Source: Hyphomicrobiales bacterium (GTDB lineage Bacteria; Pseudomonadota; Alphaproteobacteria; Rhizobiales; Methyloligellaceae). Taken from it: DNA of 64,000 nucleotides. The notes under the pieces were generated by a model that ran no database searches, had not been told where the DNA came from, and worked only from the letters and a program-made list of their open reading frames with translations. Position 1 is the stretch's first letter; the number at the start of each line of letters is the position of its first letter. Position numbers and translations under genes: made by a program. Positions 19,317 to 28,419 of this stretch are shown here, piece by piece. The stretch is from positions 615,137 through 679,136 of the forward strand of contig OZ245829.1 in the NCBI GenBank assembly GCA_965228625.1. The letters run 5' to 3'.

Positions 19317-20492
19317 ATGAGCAACGATACGCTGATGCCGGGCGCAACCCGGCCCGTGCGCTCGCCCCTGCGCTCCCTTGGACTTGCCTCGCGAGCGAGT
19401 ACGGGCTGGTCGTCCATTGCACGGCGCTTGCCCTTCGCGCAGCGCGCCGGTTCACCGTCGCGAGGCTTGAATCTCGCGCTGCAGGGCGGCGGGGCGCATG
19501 GTGCTTTCACGTGGGGCGTTCTCGACGCCTTGCTGGAGCGCGGGGTTCTCGACTTCGATGGTGTGAGCGGGACGAGCGCCGGCGCCGTCAATGCCGTCGC
19601 ACTTGCCGCCGGTTTGATGGATGGCGGGGCGGATGGCGCACGCGAACGCCTGCACGAGGTCTGGAGTGCGATCAGCCACGCGGGCGCGCCGGACTCGCAT
19701 CCTGCCTCTCCGCTTGCCTACTCGGCGACCGCGAAGCTCTCCGGCGCTCTCATGCAACGCAGCCTCAAACGAATGGGAGGCGGATGGTCGCCATACGATG
19801 TCAATCCGCTGAACCTCAATCCCCTGCGCGACATCCTGCTGGCCAAGATCGACTTCGAGAAACTGCAGCGCGAGGCGCCGGTCCGGCTGTTTGTCGCGGC
19901 CACCGAAGTTGCCTCGGGCCGAGGCCGCGTTTTCCGGACACACGAGGTGAGCGCGGACGCCGTCGTCGCCTCCGCCTGTCTGCCGAACCTGTTTCCCGCG
20001 GTCCGCATCGGACGTTTCTACTATTGGGACGGCGCCTTCTCGGCAAATCCGGACCTCCTGACCCTGATCTCCGAAACGGACGTTCACGACACGCTGCTGG
20101 TTCAGATCAGCCCCGACCGCGATCCGGACCTGCCGGCGAGCGAAGAGGATATTTCCGGAAACATCGGTCGGCTCACCTTCAATCATCCGCTACGCACGCA
20201 GGTTCAGCAGATCGAGGTCTGCCGGCGCATTCCGCGTATTCCGTTGCTGTCCGACAATGCCGTCAGCCGCATGGGGCGCCATCGCTTTCATCTGATCGAC
20301 GGAAGCCCGCACACGCTCAAGCTGGCGCGCGCATCCAAATTGAGGCCCGACTGGCATATGGTCGAAAGCCTGCGCGATCTCGGGCGCCAGACCGCAATTG
20401 AATGGTGCGAAACACATTTGTCCCGCGTCGGCAAGCGGGCCACGGTGAACCTCTACGCCAAGTACTTCACCGACAGGGTGCCGTTCGACTGA
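19317..20492 (+). CDS. patatin-like phospholipase family protein
   Basis: LALQGGGAHGAFTWG oxyanion loop and GTSAG nucleophile elbow. Confidence 0.8.
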   Translation: MSNDTLMPGATRPVRSPLRSLGLASRASTGWSSIARRLPFAQRAGSPSRGLNLALQGGGAHGAFTWGVLDALLERGVLDFDGVSGTSAGAVNAVALAAGLMDGGADGARERLHEVWSAISHAGAPDSHPASPLAYSATAKLSGALMQRSLKRMGGGWSPYDVNPLNLNPLRDILLAKIDFEKLQREAPVRLFVAATEVASGRGRVFRTHEVSADAVVASACLPNLFPAVRIGRFYYWDGAFSANPDLLTLISETDVHDTLLVQISPDRDPDLPASEEDISGNIGRLTFNHPLRTQVQQIEVCRRIPRIPLLSDNAVSRMGRHRFHLIDGSPHTLKLARASKLRPDWHMVESLRDLGRQTAIEWCETHLSRVGKRATVNLYAKYFTDRVPFD

Positions 20493-20521
20493 GCTCCGAT
20501 TGCAGAAATTCGGCCCGGCGG

Positions 20522-21529
20522 CTACCGCACGTTCATGACTGACGACGTGGCGCTGCCCATGACGTCGAAGGCGACCGATCCCTTGAGGAAGCGCTTGAAC
20601 CGGGATTTCCCGGAGTCCGCTACCACGGTCACCGCATGTCGTTTTGCGTCGGCGACGATCGTTTCGACCGGGTCGCCGACCCGCGTCAGCGTCTTGACGT
20701 TCTTGATGCCCATCGCGTTCAGCTCCTTGCGAGCCGCCGTGAGCCGGTTCTTCACCATGAGATGCGAGTCCTCGTCCAGTGCGGTTGAGGTAAGGGTTAT
20801 AGGCCGTCCGAGATTGTAGGCGAGGACGGCCGCCTGCTTCAGGGAGGTGATGCTGTGGGGACTGCCGTCGGTCGCGATCAGAAAACCCTTTTTGGCGTCA
20901 AAACTCTCGCGCATGGTCAGGACCGAGCAAGGCGACAGCATCGCGACCTTCTGCACCGTGCTCGGCTCCAGGAAGGATTTGAACTCGCCGCGCCAGCGTT
21001 TTGGCGGTCCGGTTATGATCAGATTGTACGGACCCAGTTCATACTGATCCAGGATACCGCTGGAGACAGTCGGTGCGGTCTTGAGCTTGAGGATGATCCG
21101 TTTCTGCCGGCTTGACCGGTATTCCACCTTGTTGTCGCCGAGGGGGTCGCCGAAGATATCGGTATGACTGGCGCGCGCCCGCCACTCCTTGGTCATGTAG
21201 CCGAGGTCGCCCAGCATATCGAGGCCGCGGCGTAGAAACTGGATCCCCGGCAGTTCGAGGCCCCAATCGAGCATGTTCTGCCGCGCCACGCGCACCTGGA
21301 GCCCGCCTGAATTCAAGCCCTGATCAATGCGCCGCACATAGAGCAGCACGATGTCGCAGGGTCCCTTTTTCCCGATTTCGGCGGCGACGCGGACACCTTC
21401 ATACGACGGTTCCGTTCCGTTGACGCAGACGAGAATGCGGAAGCGTTCGCGGCGGCGGTCACGTTCCTCGCGCGCCTCTTCCTGTGCGGCGCGTTTGCGC
21501 TGCGACGGAGAGATGCGCCAAGCCGCCAT
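20522..21529 (-). CDS. universal stress protein, tandem USP domains
   Basis: Two USP-like halves. Lies 3 nt downstream of the DASS transporter stop (operon). Confidence 0.6.
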   Translation of the reverse strand: MAAWRISPSQRKRAAQEEAREERDRRRERFRILVCVNGTEPSYEGVRVAAEIGKKGPCDIVLLYVRRIDQGLNSGGLQVRVARQNMLDWGLELPGIQFLRRGLDMLGDLGYMTKEWRARASHTDIFGDPLGDNKVEYRSSRQKRIILKLKTAPTVSSGILDQYELGPYNLIITGPPKRWRGEFKSFLEPSTVQKVAMLSPCSVLTMRESFDAKKGFLIATDGSPHSITSLKQAAVLAYNLGRPITLTSTALDEDSHLMVKNRLTAARKELNAMGIKNVKTLTRVGDPVETIVADAKRHAVTVVADSGKSRFKRFLKGSVAFDVMGSATSSVMNVR

Positions 21530-21532
21530 CGC

Positions 21533-23215
21533 TCACACCCCGATCAACGGCCAGTACAAGGCCGCCATGGCGATCATCACAACGGTCGACATGATGACCA
21601 TGCGCCAGCCCACCTTGAGAAAGTCGTTCGGGGTGAGATAGCCGGCGGCGAAGACGATTGTGCATGCCGGCGTACCGACGACGGTCAGGTATGCGAACGC
21701 GGAGGAGATCGCGGTGATGAAACCAATGACGATCGGGCTTTCACCCGCGGCCACCGCAAGCTTGAGCACAATCGGGCCGAGCACCGCCACCGCGGCGCCG
21801 TTCGACATGGTGTTGGTGACGAATGTCGTCAGGGCGGATATAGCGACCCACAGCCCGACACCGGCATCGGCGCCGAGCGGCTTGAGAACCGACAGGAACC
21901 CGTCAGCCACCCACGCCGCTGCTCCGGTCACTTTCATCTGTACGCCGAGTGAAATGGCGGCGGCATAGAGCAGGACGACACCCCAGTTTACCCCCGTGTT
22001 CACGTCTTCCCACAGCACCAGACCGGCGGCGAGAAAGGCCGCGGCGCCGAGAATGGCGATGGTCCCCATGCCGACGTCCTGCGACTCGAAAATCCACGCA
22101 TAGAGGATCAGGAAGAACAGCACGATGGCCGCCCAGTTGCTCAAGGTCATCGGGCCTTCATCGCGGATGCCGGCGCGCAGCTTGGCAACGGCGCGGGACA
22201 GGTCGTTGTATTCCGGTTTGAAGGTGAAAAGCAGGATTGCGGTGACCAGCGGAAGCTGCACCAGGAAGATGGGATAGGCGTAGGCCGCCCATTTCACGTA
22301 GTCGATGAGGAACTTGTACGTCTCGGGGTTGGTCGGATCGTAGAAGAAGTCCCGCCAGTACCCGATCATGATGGCATTGCGGGCGCCGCCGGACGGCGTG
22401 CCGATGCCGGCGACCGAACAGCCGTAACAGATGGAAAACAGCAGCACCGCCGCAAGATTGCGCACGCGTTCGCGGTTTTCGGATGTCAGTGAAATGAGTG
22501 TGACGCCGACCGGCAGCATCATCGCGGCCACGGTGTGTTCGCCGATGAAAGAGGCAAGCAGGCCGGAAACCACGGAAATACCGAAACAGATGCGGGAGGT
22601 CCTGGTCCCGGTCAGGCGCACGATGAACCAGGCGATGCGCTGGTCGAGCTTCTGCCGCACAACCGCCACCGCCAGCATCAGCGAACCCATGATGAACAGT
22701 ACCGAATCCGTCATGAGGCTCTTGGCCACTTCCGTCGAGTTTCGACCCAGCAGAAGCACCTCACCGACGATCAGCAGCAGCGCGACGGTGGGCAGCGGAA
22801 CCGGCTCGGTAATGAACAGGATTGTCGCGACCACCGACATGGTGAGCACGATCATGCCGTCACGGGTCAGTCCGTCCGGCTGCGGCGCGTGGAGCAAGGC
22901 CGCGCCGATGGCCATCGCGAAGATGAACCAGCGCTTTTCCCAGAAGTAATGGAGATCGATGTTCGCGCGGACTGTGAGGAGGCGGTGATATCCGTGGCGA
23001 CCGACGCGCACTGACCACGGCGTCGAGATTTCCGGCGCCCTGAGAGAGTCGTGTACGAGGCTCAAGCCTGCCACAGCACGGGTCCGATCGAATGAGTTTC
23101 CCCAGTCACCTGAAATGCTAGCAACTTTTGCCGTCAGGCCAAAGGGAACGTTCGTAGTGAAAGGCCGTTCGAAATCGGCCCGGTGGCCGTTACCAGGGGA
23201 TCTCGGACCCGTCAT
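21533..23215 (-). CDS. SLC13/DASS family anion transporter
   Basis: Polytopic, ArsB/NhaD-superfamily pattern. Start uncertain: the annotated start overlaps the SDR gene end by 26 nt. Confidence 0.7.
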   Translation of the reverse strand: MTGPRSPGNGHRADFERPFTTNVPFGLTAKVASISGDWGNSFDRTRAVAGLSLVHDSLRAPEISTPWSVRVGRHGYHRLLTVRANIDLHYFWEKRWFIFAMAIGAALLHAPQPDGLTRDGMIVLTMSVVATILFITEPVPLPTVALLLIVGEVLLLGRNSTEVAKSLMTDSVLFIMGSLMLAVAVVRQKLDQRIAWFIVRLTGTRTSRICFGISVVSGLLASFIGEHTVAAMMLPVGVTLISLTSENRERVRNLAAVLLFSICYGCSVAGIGTPSGGARNAIMIGYWRDFFYDPTNPETYKFLIDYVKWAAYAYPIFLVQLPLVTAILLFTFKPEYNDLSRAVAKLRAGIRDEGPMTLSNWAAIVLFFLILYAWIFESQDVGMGTIAILGAAAFLAAGLVLWEDVNTGVNWGVVLLYAAAISLGVQMKVTGAAAWVADGFLSVLKPLGADAGVGLWVAISALTTFVTNTMSNGAAVAVLGPIVLKLAVAAGESPIVIGFITAISSAFAYLTVVGTPACTIVFAAGYLTPNDFLKVGWRMVIMSTVVMIAMAALYWPLIGV

Positions 23216-23897
23216 AGGCGAGGAACGCCCCCCCGGCGGCGGGCGCGGCGCGGTTGATCACCTCGAGCAGCATCTGCGCGGACTGCTTCGCCTCGAACCG
23301 TTCACGGTCCCCGGCAAACGGGTCCGAGAGCCGGGTCTTCACCGTTCCCGGATGCAGCGCCAGACAGACCGCGTCGGGCCGTTTGCGCGCAATCTCGATG
23401 GCGGCGGTCCGCAGAAACATGTTGAGCGCCGCCTTCGACGCGCGATAGCCGTACCATCCGCCGAGGCGGTTATCGGCGATGCTGCCGACGCGGGCGGAAA
23501 CGGTGGCAAAGACACCACGTCCCGTACGCGGCAGAAGGTGGTGAAAATGCTTCAGCAGCAACAGCGGCCCGGTCGCGTTGATGGCGAATGCGCGTGCGAC
23601 AGCCTCCGGATCGATCTGGCTGAACGTCTTCTCGGGGCGCATCGCCGCGTCATGCAGGATGCCTGTGGCGTCGATGATCAGGTGAATCTCGCCCTGGTCG
23701 GCGAGCGAGGCGGCCGCGCGTTCAATGGATGCTTCGTCCTCGAGGTCGAGCGGATGGCTGGACGAGCGGCTGAACCGGAAAACCTGCCCGCATCCGGGAT
23801 CACGCTCAAGCAAATCGGCAAACGCGCTTCCGAGACCGCCCGTGCTGCCGACCACGACCGCATTGAAGCCCTGCGGAAAGGCGGAAAGATCGCTCAT
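23190..23897 (-). CDS. SDR family oxidoreductase
   Basis: VVGSTGGLGSAF cofactor motif, Y-x-x-x-K (YRASK). Confidence 0.8.
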   Translation of the reverse strand: MSDLSAFPQGFNAVVVGSTGGLGSAFADLLERDPGCGQVFRFSRSSSHPLDLEDEASIERAAASLADQGEIHLIIDATGILHDAAMRPEKTFSQIDPEAVARAFAINATGPLLLLKHFHHLLPRTGRGVFATVSARVGSIADNRLGGWYGYRASKAALNMFLRTAAIEIARKRPDAVCLALHPGTVKTRLSDPFAGDRERFEAKQSAQMLLEVINRAAPAAGGAFLAYDGSEIPW

Positions 23898-24037
23898 CTC
23901 GTTGAAATCGCCTCATGTTCCGATGTTCACCTTTACGGACCCTGCCCATCCGCGGATCATTTCACGGCGCCTGCACGGGTTGATCCGGTCCGCAACAAAT
24001 GCCGTATTGACAGAGAGAAACCGAACGAAGGCATCAC

Positions 24038-24835
24038 GTGCTACGCAAGGACATCCTGAAACCTTTCGCTCTCGACCGCTCGACGGCGAGCGAGGAGGAA
24101 ATCGCCAGTTTCACTCGGCTGGCGCAGGAGTGGTGGCGGCCGGATGGGGCCTTCAAGGTCGTACACCGGTTCAACGAAACCCGGCTCGACTATCTCAAGG
24201 ACCTGTTGCCGAGGGCGTTTGAGCTGCGGCACGACGGCAACCGGCCGCTCGATGGACTTAATATTGTCGACGTCGGCTGCGGCGCGGGACTGGCGGCGGA
24301 ACCGTTGGCCCTTGCCGGGGCCCAGGTCGTCGGCATCGACCCGGTGGAACGCAACATCGAGATCGCGCGGCATCACCTGACGGAATCCGGCGCAACCGTC
24401 GATTATCGAAACATGCTGCCGGAAGATCTCGCCCGAAGCGGTGAAACCTTCGACGTGGTTCTCTCCCTGGAGGTGGTCGAACACGTGGCCGACGTACCGC
24501 TGTTTCTCGCGTCCTGCGCCCAGCTTGTGGCGCCCGGCGGGCTGCTGGTGCTTGCCACGCTGAACCGGACCCTCAGGTCATTCGTGTTCGCGATCGTCGG
24601 CGCCGAGTATGTACTTCGCCTCCTGCCGAAAGGCACGCACGACTGGCGAAAATTCATCTCCCCCGATGAATTGCGACGCGGCCTCGAACCGCACGGGCTG
24701 CATGAGTTCGAAAGAACCGGCATGAGCTTCAATCCGCTGCGCCGCACGTTCCGGTGCACCAGGGACGTCAGCGTCAACTATATGCAAGTCCTCCGACGGC
24801 CTCCATCTGCAGACAATTCTCGATCACGTGCCTGA
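24038..24835 (+). CDS. ubiG: ubiquinone biosynthesis O-methyltransferase
   Basis: F..LA.EWW...G.F...H..N..RL.Y N-terminal signature, VDVGCGAG, C-terminal DVSVNYM. Confidence 0.8.
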   Translation: MLRKDILKPFALDRSTASEEEIASFTRLAQEWWRPDGAFKVVHRFNETRLDYLKDLLPRAFELRHDGNRPLDGLNIVDVGCGAGLAAEPLALAGAQVVGIDPVERNIEIARHHLTESGATVDYRNMLPEDLARSGETFDVVLSLEVVEHVADVPLFLASCAQLVAPGGLLVLATLNRTLRSFVFAIVGAEYVLRLLPKGTHDWRKFISPDELRRGLEPHGLHEFERTGMSFNPLRRTFRCTRDVSVNYMQVLRRPPSADNSRSRA

Positions 24836-25418
24836 CACGGGGTGAACTGGCTCTGATCGGCGTTGAAAACCACGCCGCCAGATTGCCGTTCGGTGCGATC
24901 ACATATTTGTAGAAATTCCACTTCGGCGCGGCATGCTCGCCGGCCACCGAGCTGACATGAGAGAAGAAAGGATGAATTGCCTTACCCCTGGCTGAGACCT
25001 TCTCCGTAATCGGAAAAGTCAAATGCAGTTGCGATCGATAGATCTCGTGGATGGTCCGGTCGTCCCCGGGTTCCTGACTCCCGAAGTCGTTTGACGGCAC
25101 GCCGAGCACGACCAATCCATGGTGGGCCAGATCGTCATGCAGAGACTGGAGGTCCGCGAACTGGCTACGGAAACCGCACTTCGACGCAGTGTTCACAACC
25201 AGAATCGTCTCTCCCGCGAGACCAGACAGCGTCAGCGGCCGGCCGCCGGCATGCGTGAACGTCACCTCACCAATCTGGCTGTCAGGCGACGCCGGATCGA
25301 GAATCGCCTGCTTCGGTGCGAGCAACATTGACAAGGCTGAGAGAACCGAACCTGCCATACCGTTTTGCTTCTTTACGCCCGCCGACTCCGCGGCGCAGCC
25401 CTTTTGCAACTGTTTCAT
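24774..25418 (-). CDS. glutathione peroxidase (Cys-type)
   Basis: VVNTASKCGF, LGVPSNDFGSQEPG, FPITEK motifs. Start 25418 or 25358. Confidence 0.85.
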   Translation of the reverse strand: MKQLQKGCAAESAGVKKQNGMAGSVLSALSMLLAPKQAILDPASPDSQIGEVTFTHAGGRPLTLSGLAGETILVVNTASKCGFRSQFADLQSLHDDLAHHGLVVLGVPSNDFGSQEPGDDRTIHEIYRSQLHLTFPITEKVSARGKAIHPFFSHVSSVAGEHAAPKWNFYKYVIAPNGNLAAWFSTPIRASSPRVRHVIENCLQMEAVGGLAYS

Positions 25419-25587
25419 CTTGCCTCAGCCCCAGTTTAACAAAGGAATTGTCCCCGAATTTTGACGACGCGATGTCCGCATCGGCCATCAGCTTACGATC
25501 CGGGCCGCCACTCAGATCAGCCGCGCATTGACGGAAGTGATCCACATGCCTTTGGACCCCGTAGAAAAGACGCGTGTGCGGCGCTCT

Positions 25588-25603
25588 CCCCCCCCCCTCC
25601 CCC
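25588..25603. repeat. homopolymeric tract C10-T-C5
   Basis: Read directly in the 330-bp divergent intergenic region between the gpx and racemase genes. Confidence 0.9.
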
Positions 25604-25757
25604 GCACCGCGATCAGGGGATCGGCCGGCATCTGTGGCGGGTGACCGGCCGGTTTTCCCGCCTTTTCCCTTAATCACAGGCTGCAACGCGTATTTTCATG
25701 CTTGCGGACCGCCGCCTCATTCCTTAGACGATCGGCCTCCAGCGTGGAGTGAACGAT

Positions 25758-26435
25758 ATGCACATAGGTTTGATCGGCGGCATCGGTCCCGCCGCGACCG
25801 AATTCTACTATCGCGGCCTTGCCAGGGCTCATGCCTCGGCGGGCAAGCGCATGGAGTTGACGATCGTTCACGCGGATGTACGCGATCTTCAGCGCAACGC
25901 GGCGAACGGTGCGAAGCGCGAGCAGACCGAGATCTATCTGGAATTCGTCAACCGGCTTCAGGCGGCGGGCGCGGAGGCCGTGGCGGTCACCTCGATGGGC
26001 GGACACTTCTGCATTCAGGAGCTCGAGCAGGTTTCGCCGCTGCCGGTCATCAACGCTATTCCGGCGCTCGATCGCCATCTGACGCAGTCAGGGGTGAAGC
26101 GGGCCGGACTCATCGGAACGCGCTATGTCATGGAAACCGCCGTCTATGGCGGTATCCCGGCCACCGAGTTTGTCCTGCCACAAGGTGACGACCTGGAGCG
26201 TGTCCACGACACCTATATCGCCATGGCATCGTCCGCATCCGTGAGCGACGCGCAGCGCGCGTATTTTTTCGAGGTGGGGCAGACGCTTTGCCGCGAACAC
26301 GGTGCCGAAACCGTCATTCTCGGCGGCACGGACCTGTTTCTCGCCTTTGAAGGCCAGGACTGCGGCTTCCCGGTCATCGACGCCGCGGAGGTTCATATCG
26401 AGGCGCTTTACCGCGCATCGGTCGGGGACGGATAA
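25758..26435 (+). CDS. aspartate/glutamate racemase family protein
   Basis: Start at MHIGLIGGIGPAAT (SD GGAG 8 nt upstream). The track start 25749 is a GTG. Confidence 0.75.
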   Translation: MHIGLIGGIGPAATEFYYRGLARAHASAGKRMELTIVHADVRDLQRNAANGAKREQTEIYLEFVNRLQAAGAEAVAVTSMGGHFCIQELEQVSPLPVINAIPALDRHLTQSGVKRAGLIGTRYVMETAVYGGIPATEFVLPQGDDLERVHDTYIAMASSASVSDAQRAYFFEVGQTLCREHGAETVILGGTDLFLAFEGQDCGFPVIDAAEVHIEALYRASVGDG

Positions 26436-26447
26436 CCGGCAAGCCGC

Positions 26448-27128
26448 TCACGGGTGGTGCCCCGCCAGAGCGTCAAGAATCGCGTCGGTCGATGCTCCGA
26501 TATGTGCCTTCAATCGCTTTCGCGCCGCCTTCGCCTTACCTTTCCGCATCAGCTCCAACAGCTCGCGGTGCTCGTCGAGCGATGCTTCCGCATGCCGGCT
26601 GTGCTTCCACATGAAACCGAGATAACGCGCATAGCGTTGGCGCAATTGATGCACCATGTGAAGCGTGACGGGACGTCCTGCCGGGCGGTAGATGGCGTCG
26701 TGAAACGCCTCGTTTGCCTGAAGCAGCGAAGGCACGTTCTTCGCGTTTGCTATGAGATCAATGGCGGTCTCCGCGTGCCGGCGATCTGCCACGCTGAAGT
26801 TTCGCGTCGCGGCCGCGACGAGATCGGGTTCGAGCTTCAAACGCAGGCGCGCGGTCTCCTCCGCTTCCGCTCGCTCCAGCAGCGGCACGCGCACGCCGCA
26901 GTTCACCTGGTACGTGACGAGATCTTCCGAGGCGAGCTGCCGCAAAGCCTCGCGCACCGGTGCCTGACTGACGCTGAAGCGTTGCGCGACGTGATCCTGC
27001 CTGAGCGGCGCGCCCGGTTCGATGACCGCCGAGAGGATATCATTGCGGAGTTGCGCCGCAATCTGATCCGCGATGGACCTGCGGTGCGCCCGCTGCGCAC
27101 CGTTCGTTTCAGTCGCACCAGGCGTCAT
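26448..27128 (-). CDS. GntR family transcriptional regulator (FadR/FCD subfamily)
   Basis: Start at MTPGATE. wHTH (L.QDHVAQRFSVSQAPVREALRQL) plus FCD-like C-domain. Confidence 0.85.
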   Translation of the reverse strand: MTPGATETNGAQRAHRRSIADQIAAQLRNDILSAVIEPGAPLRQDHVAQRFSVSQAPVREALRQLASEDLVTYQVNCGVRVPLLERAEAEETARLRLKLEPDLVAAATRNFSVADRRHAETAIDLIANAKNVPSLLQANEAFHDAIYRPAGRPVTLHMVHQLRQRYARYLGFMWKHSRHAEASLDEHRELLELMRKGKAKAARKRLKAHIGASTDAILDALAGHHP

Positions 27129-27157
27129 TGGCCTTGACCGGTCATGCTTCCGTTCCA

Positions 27158-27178
27158 TATTATCGATTATCGATAATA
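27158..27178. promoter_or_regulatory. 21-bp perfect palindrome TATTATCGAT-T-ATCGATAATA, candidate GntR operator
   Basis: Verified base by base. Centred in the 70-bp gap between the divergent gntR (27128) and HAD (27199) starts. Confidence 0.5.
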
Positions 27179-27198
27179 ATGTCATCATCGGGTCATTC

Positions 27199-27900
27199 AT
27201 GCAAGCGCAGGACTACGACGCCATCACGTTCGATGTTTACGGGACGCTGATCGACTGGGAGCCCGCAATTCTCTCCACGCTCGACGACTGGATAACGTCC
27301 AGGGGCACGCAAATCGAAAGAGCAGCCCTGCTCGATGCGTTCGACCGCGCCCGTGCGCACTATCAGATGCTCGCACCGGCCCGCCCCTATCCGAAAATCC
27401 TCCGCTCGTCCTTCGCCTATATTGCCGACGAGCTTGACCTGGACCTGGACGCTGAGACGCGGCGGCGGTTCGGAGATTGCGTTGGCGACTGGGAGCCCTA
27501 TACGGACAGCGTCGCCGCACTGGCGGAATTGCGCAAACACTTCGCCCTCGGCGCGCTGACGAACATGGATGATGCCTCCTTCGCCAGGAGCCACGCCAAA
27601 CTCGGCGATTGCTTCGAGATCGTCGTGACCGCCGAACGCGCCGGTGCCTACAAGCCGTCCCTTCGGCACTTCGTCCTCGCGCTGACCGACCTGGCCGCGC
27701 GCGATATTCCACCGCAGCGCGTCCTGCACGTCGCACAGAGCCTGCGCGCCGATGTCCGGCCCGCAAACCTGCTTGGCCAGGACGTCGTATGGATCAACCG
27801 CGCGGGCCGCGGACTGGGGCACGCGGGCTTCGGGGCGGAACTCGCCGAACCCATGGCGACATTCGCAACCATGAAGGAATTCGTCGCCACGCTTGTGTGA
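27199..27900 (+). CDS. HAD family hydrolase, haloacid dehalogenase type II-like
   Basis: Start at MQAQDYDAITFDVYGTLIDWE (DxYGT motif I), ...YKP motif. Confidence 0.8.
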   Translation: MQAQDYDAITFDVYGTLIDWEPAILSTLDDWITSRGTQIERAALLDAFDRARAHYQMLAPARPYPKILRSSFAYIADELDLDLDAETRRRFGDCVGDWEPYTDSVAALAELRKHFALGALTNMDDASFARSHAKLGDCFEIVVTAERAGAYKPSLRHFVLALTDLAARDIPPQRVLHVAQSLRADVRPANLLGQDVVWINRAGRGLGHAGFGAELAEPMATFATMKEFVATLV

Positions 27901-27990
27901 TCGATATCCGGCCGAGCTGGTCCAACCCGGGAATCGGCAAGCACGGGCCTTCGCCCATGCTATAATGCGTTTTTTACAAGGGAGAGCGTC

Positions 27991-28338
27991 ATGTCCCGCG
28001 TATCGCACCTCGCAGTGCTTGTTGCCGCGTCTGTCCTGCTCGGCACCGCAACCGCGTCAGCAGACCCGAACTCCGCAGGATACGGAAATCCGTACCCCTA
28101 CCCCTATCCGCCCGTCTACACTCCACCTGCCCAACCGAAAGTTATCATCCCACAGGGCTCACCGGTCACGGTCGTCGTTGCGCCGAACGCACACGTCGTC
28201 ACCACGTCTCCGTCGACCACCACCCTGCCGCCCGGCTGGGTGTGGGCCCGGCCCGCCAATTGTGGTGAATACAGGTACTGGAACGGGACCCGGTGCCTCG
28301 ACGCGCGCGACTACCCGCCGGATCTTGGTCCGCGATAG
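27991..28338 (+). CDS. secreted proline-rich hypothetical protein
   Basis: SD GGGAGAG, signal peptide ...ATASA, PYPYPYPP stretch, C-terminal Cys pair (NCGEYRYWNGTRC). Confidence 0.55.
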   Translation: MSRVSHLAVLVAASVLLGTATASADPNSAGYGNPYPYPYPPVYTPPAQPKVIIPQGSPVTVVVAPNAHVVTTSPSTTTLPPGWVWARPANCGEYRYWNGTRCLDARDYPPDLGPR

Positions 28339-28419
28339 ATCAGTCTTTTCCGGAGACTTCGGCCGGCGGCCCACCTTGAGGCAGACAAAATAGAAGCTGC
28401 CACTGATGCGGAGAATGAC

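Noticed and set aside
19317-20492. Patatin-like phospholipase as a possible anti-phage defence effector (CBASS or similar)
   Set aside because: No cyclase, sensor, NTPase or other defence-type partner is adjacent. The neighbours are an MBL hydrolase and a USP/transporter operon, so it is treated as an ordinary lipase-family gene.
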